A DNA stretch of 64,000 nucleotides from Cirrosporium novae-zelandiae (Eukaryota): the NCBI GenBank assembly GCA_026023565.1, contig JAPETS010000011.1, positions 620,001 to 684,000 of the forward strand, given 5' to 3'. The notes under the pieces were generated by a model. That model had not been told where the DNA came from, did no database searches, and saw nothing but the letters and a program-made list of their open reading frames with translations. The translations under genes were made by a program, and so were the position numbers. Of the stretch, positions 61,162-64,000 are shown piece after piece. Each line of letters opens with the position of its first letter. Positions within the stretch are counted from its first letter, which is position 1.

Positions 61162-64000
61162 ATGTCGGCACAGTTTCATTGGAATTTGCCAGGCTTGGAC
61201 AAGCCTCAGTTTACAGCTTTTGTGAATTTACTGTCTCTACGAAACGGTGGACAGCTTGATCCCTCCTCTATCGATGAATACGACGAACTTGATGACCTCA
61301 CTGATGACAACCCAAGAAGCATGACCGGTAGTATCGTTAATGGCCAAATATCTTTCTCCTTGGATGATGGATTGCGAAAAAGATTCTTGGATAGGCTTGG
61401 AGAGCTACTATCCTGCGAGAAGGGCGCAAGGCATGTTGCGAGTGCAGCCATGAAGGAGTATGAGCAAGAAGATAAGGTCGAAATATGGGTTACACATAAT
61501 GAGCCCTTGGAAAAAGGTGGGGCAGAACCAGAAGCAGCTCTCAAAACTCTTATCATGCATCTAGAAGAGCTACTTTCTTCAGATCCTAGCGCCGACGCTG
61601 TAGGTAAGTACGTTTGATGTCCCCTTGTTTGATAGCACCGACTTTCCTGTTGAAGTCTTTCCTGGTAATTCATGTTGCACCCAGAGAGCGACATTACCAG
61701 ATCCTTTTCAAACTTATTGTATCGATAGGATATGAGGAACTTGAAGAATGCACTTGGCAATCAATGCTCGAATACTACAGACCTAGAATCCGTGATACAT
61801 ATATTCCAAATCTCAAACGTTCCATGAAATCCTGTAGGCGGATATTAATGAGGTGCATTGGAAATCTATCATCGCCCGCTCTGACCCAATTACAAGATGA
61901 TCTCAAGAAGCTTTATGCTACATGTTTTGAACCACAAAATTGGCAGCCATCCATGGCCAGAGATGATGAATTGGTCCAAAGGGCTTTCGATATCCGGCAA
62001 TCTGTGAGCAGCCATCATGACATGCATAAGCTTCTTGATAATGTTGCCTCAGCAGATGATCTCTGGACGAACATATGCTTCCTAGGTCGACTCCGCGCAG
62101 CATTTCATACTTTCTTAGCCATGTCTCTTCAGTTCAAGGGCTTTAGGGATGTAAAGATTCATGTCGTGCAAGGTTTTGGGAGGAAAATAAAACCCAAATC
62201 AGGTCAATTGAGCTTATCAAGCACCCTCGAGCTTCTTGGCCTTAAAGCGGATCAGCCAACGATCAAAACCTATCTTAATAAGAAAATGTCCTTGGCCAAG
62301 GCAACCAACGAGTTTTCAAAATTACAGGCACAAAAGTCGCATTGTCACGCAGAAGTCCAGCTCATTCTTGAACTGGCTAAAAATAATGTACAAAATCCAT
62401 TTCCGTACATTGGGTGTAGTAAACGGAGCTGTTGGATGTGCTATGCATTCATAAAAGCATATGGCGATTTTACCACCCGAGGCTGCCACGGACAACTGTA
62501 TTCGCGATGGATAGTTCCAGACCATATATCACTCCCAAAACCCATGGTCTCTAGGCTATATGCCACACTGCACCATGTCAAAAGCATGCTCAAACAAGAG
62601 CTTATGCATCCGGCATCTCAGCCGAAGAAGCATCTTGTCGAGTCAACGGCAGGACGCACAGAGTCTATGATGATGGTGCCTTCAGAAATTTCAGAGCCAT
62701 CGCCCAACAATAGGCTCTTCCAGGGGGAAGCTGCCAAGGCAGGAAACAATCAGACATTGCTCGATATCATACGACAACCTTGGCCAAACAACTCTGGGGA
62801 AGTCGATTCCTCAAGCGAATATTACAGTGACCCTCAGACCTCGGCCACTGAGAATGAAAACTACAGTACAATATCAGGACGACGAGCGGATAATATTGAG
62901 CCAAGTGGAGGAGAATGCTGCGTTTGCGGGGAGGAAACTACGTATAAGTGTTCGAAGTGTCATAGAGACTGGTTCTGCACCGAAAACTGCGAGGACAATT
63001 CACCCGCCAGTCATTCATTCAGGTGTAACCTTGGGCGACCCTTGGACTCCGCTGACTACCTATATCTTGCTTGCATTCAGGATGAAATGCCTGATGATCC
63101 GCAAACCCTAGTTGATTTTGGCTTTAATCGACTCTACAACTTCATGGAGCGCTCGGCCTTGCTTGGCTTGTATAAGGGATTGTTGCTGTATTCCGACGTC
63201 CCAGCACCTACCCTTCACGACTGGCAGGTAAACGGATCCCTCGTGGAAAATATTACAGACATTTACATGAGGATTCCGGAGAATTGTCGTGGACACTACT
63301 TCCCTTGGTTTTGCAAGAACAAACACATTCTTGATGGGTCGAAGAATGAGGATGAATCCTTGCAAGAGTTTGTTTCAACCTTTTATGATGAGGCAAGACT
63401 GCATCTCCAGGTTGAAGATCGGGACAAGGATCCAACAGCACTACAGCCAGAGGCGAAACGGATTGCTTTTACGTTCTTTGCGTTGACCTTGCATGGAACT
63501 CACCCTTCCCCAGATCAAGAAGAATTATACTATTCATTTGGCTTCTGCACTTCCATCGACGAGAGGAATGAGGATGCGTTAGGCGGCCTCTACCAAGCAC
63601 TTCTGACGGGAAATAAGTTCTGGAAGGAATTTCGAGCATCACCTCATGCCGACCCCATCTACGATTCATTATTCCCCATAACTCCCTGTACTTTCGCCGA
63701 ATTCTGGCAGGCCTTTGAATCCGGGAAGCTGATCCAGCTCATGGATGAAAGGGGGTTACGTGAACAGCGTCAGGATTTTACTGCCCAGGGCCTAGATACA
63801 TTTCTCTCATATCGTCCGGGTGGGGCATGTCCATCGGTATTTACGCTGAAGCATTTTCTCGCTCAGAAAGACACGATCAATGCTCCTGCACCAGTCTTGG
63901 TAGATTATGGCTTTCAGAACTGCAGGACGCATCGTGACAATCTTAGGCTCAAGGAGGTTTACAATCGGCTTTTGAATAAGATGGGTGTGGGCCCGCTGGC
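61162..64000 (+). CDS. OTT_1508-like zinc-dependent deaminase fused to a MYND-type zinc finger and a repeated C-terminal domain (3' end beyond the window)
   Basis: Exon 61162-61603, intron 61604-61728, then a frame I read as open from 61729 to 64000. Deaminase core HCHAEVQLIL...PYIGCSKRSCWMCYAFI...RGCHGQLYSRW at 62340-62510. MYND-like CCVCGEETTYKCSKCHRDWFCTENC...HSFRC at ~62917-63027. Confidence 0.85.

Overview
Intron-containing genomic DNA from a filamentous ascomycete (Pezizomycotina; finer taxonomy not determinable here). Recognisable conserved genes are: the 5' end of a GH3 beta-glucosidase, two MFS transporters, a Gyp5-like TBC Rab-GAP, TOP2, an Xbp1-like APSES transcription factor, DEG1/PUS3, GPI15/PIG-H, HUB1/UBL5 with an RS-rich extension, and a PRS5-like PRPP synthetase. 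Three accessory-looking modules lie among them. (1) A head-to-head pair of a STAND/NACHT-like protein with a degenerate Walker A and no sensor repeats, and an intact AAA+ ATPase. (2) A head-to-head pair of an atypical HSPA12-like Hsp70 and a coiled-coil protein whose C-terminus resembles a GrpE beta-head. (3) An OTT_1508-like zinc deaminase fused to a MYND finger and a three-fold repeated domain; it runs off the window end and is largely missing from the ORF track. Intergenic DNA holds a solo LTR with terminal inverted repeats and a target-site duplication, a two-copy eroded repeat, a ZZ-finger pseudogene relic, palindromes, and sharp C-rich to G-rich strand-skew switches. All gene models and family calls were made by eye from motifs and splice signals; no searches were run, and coordinates marked ~ are approximate.
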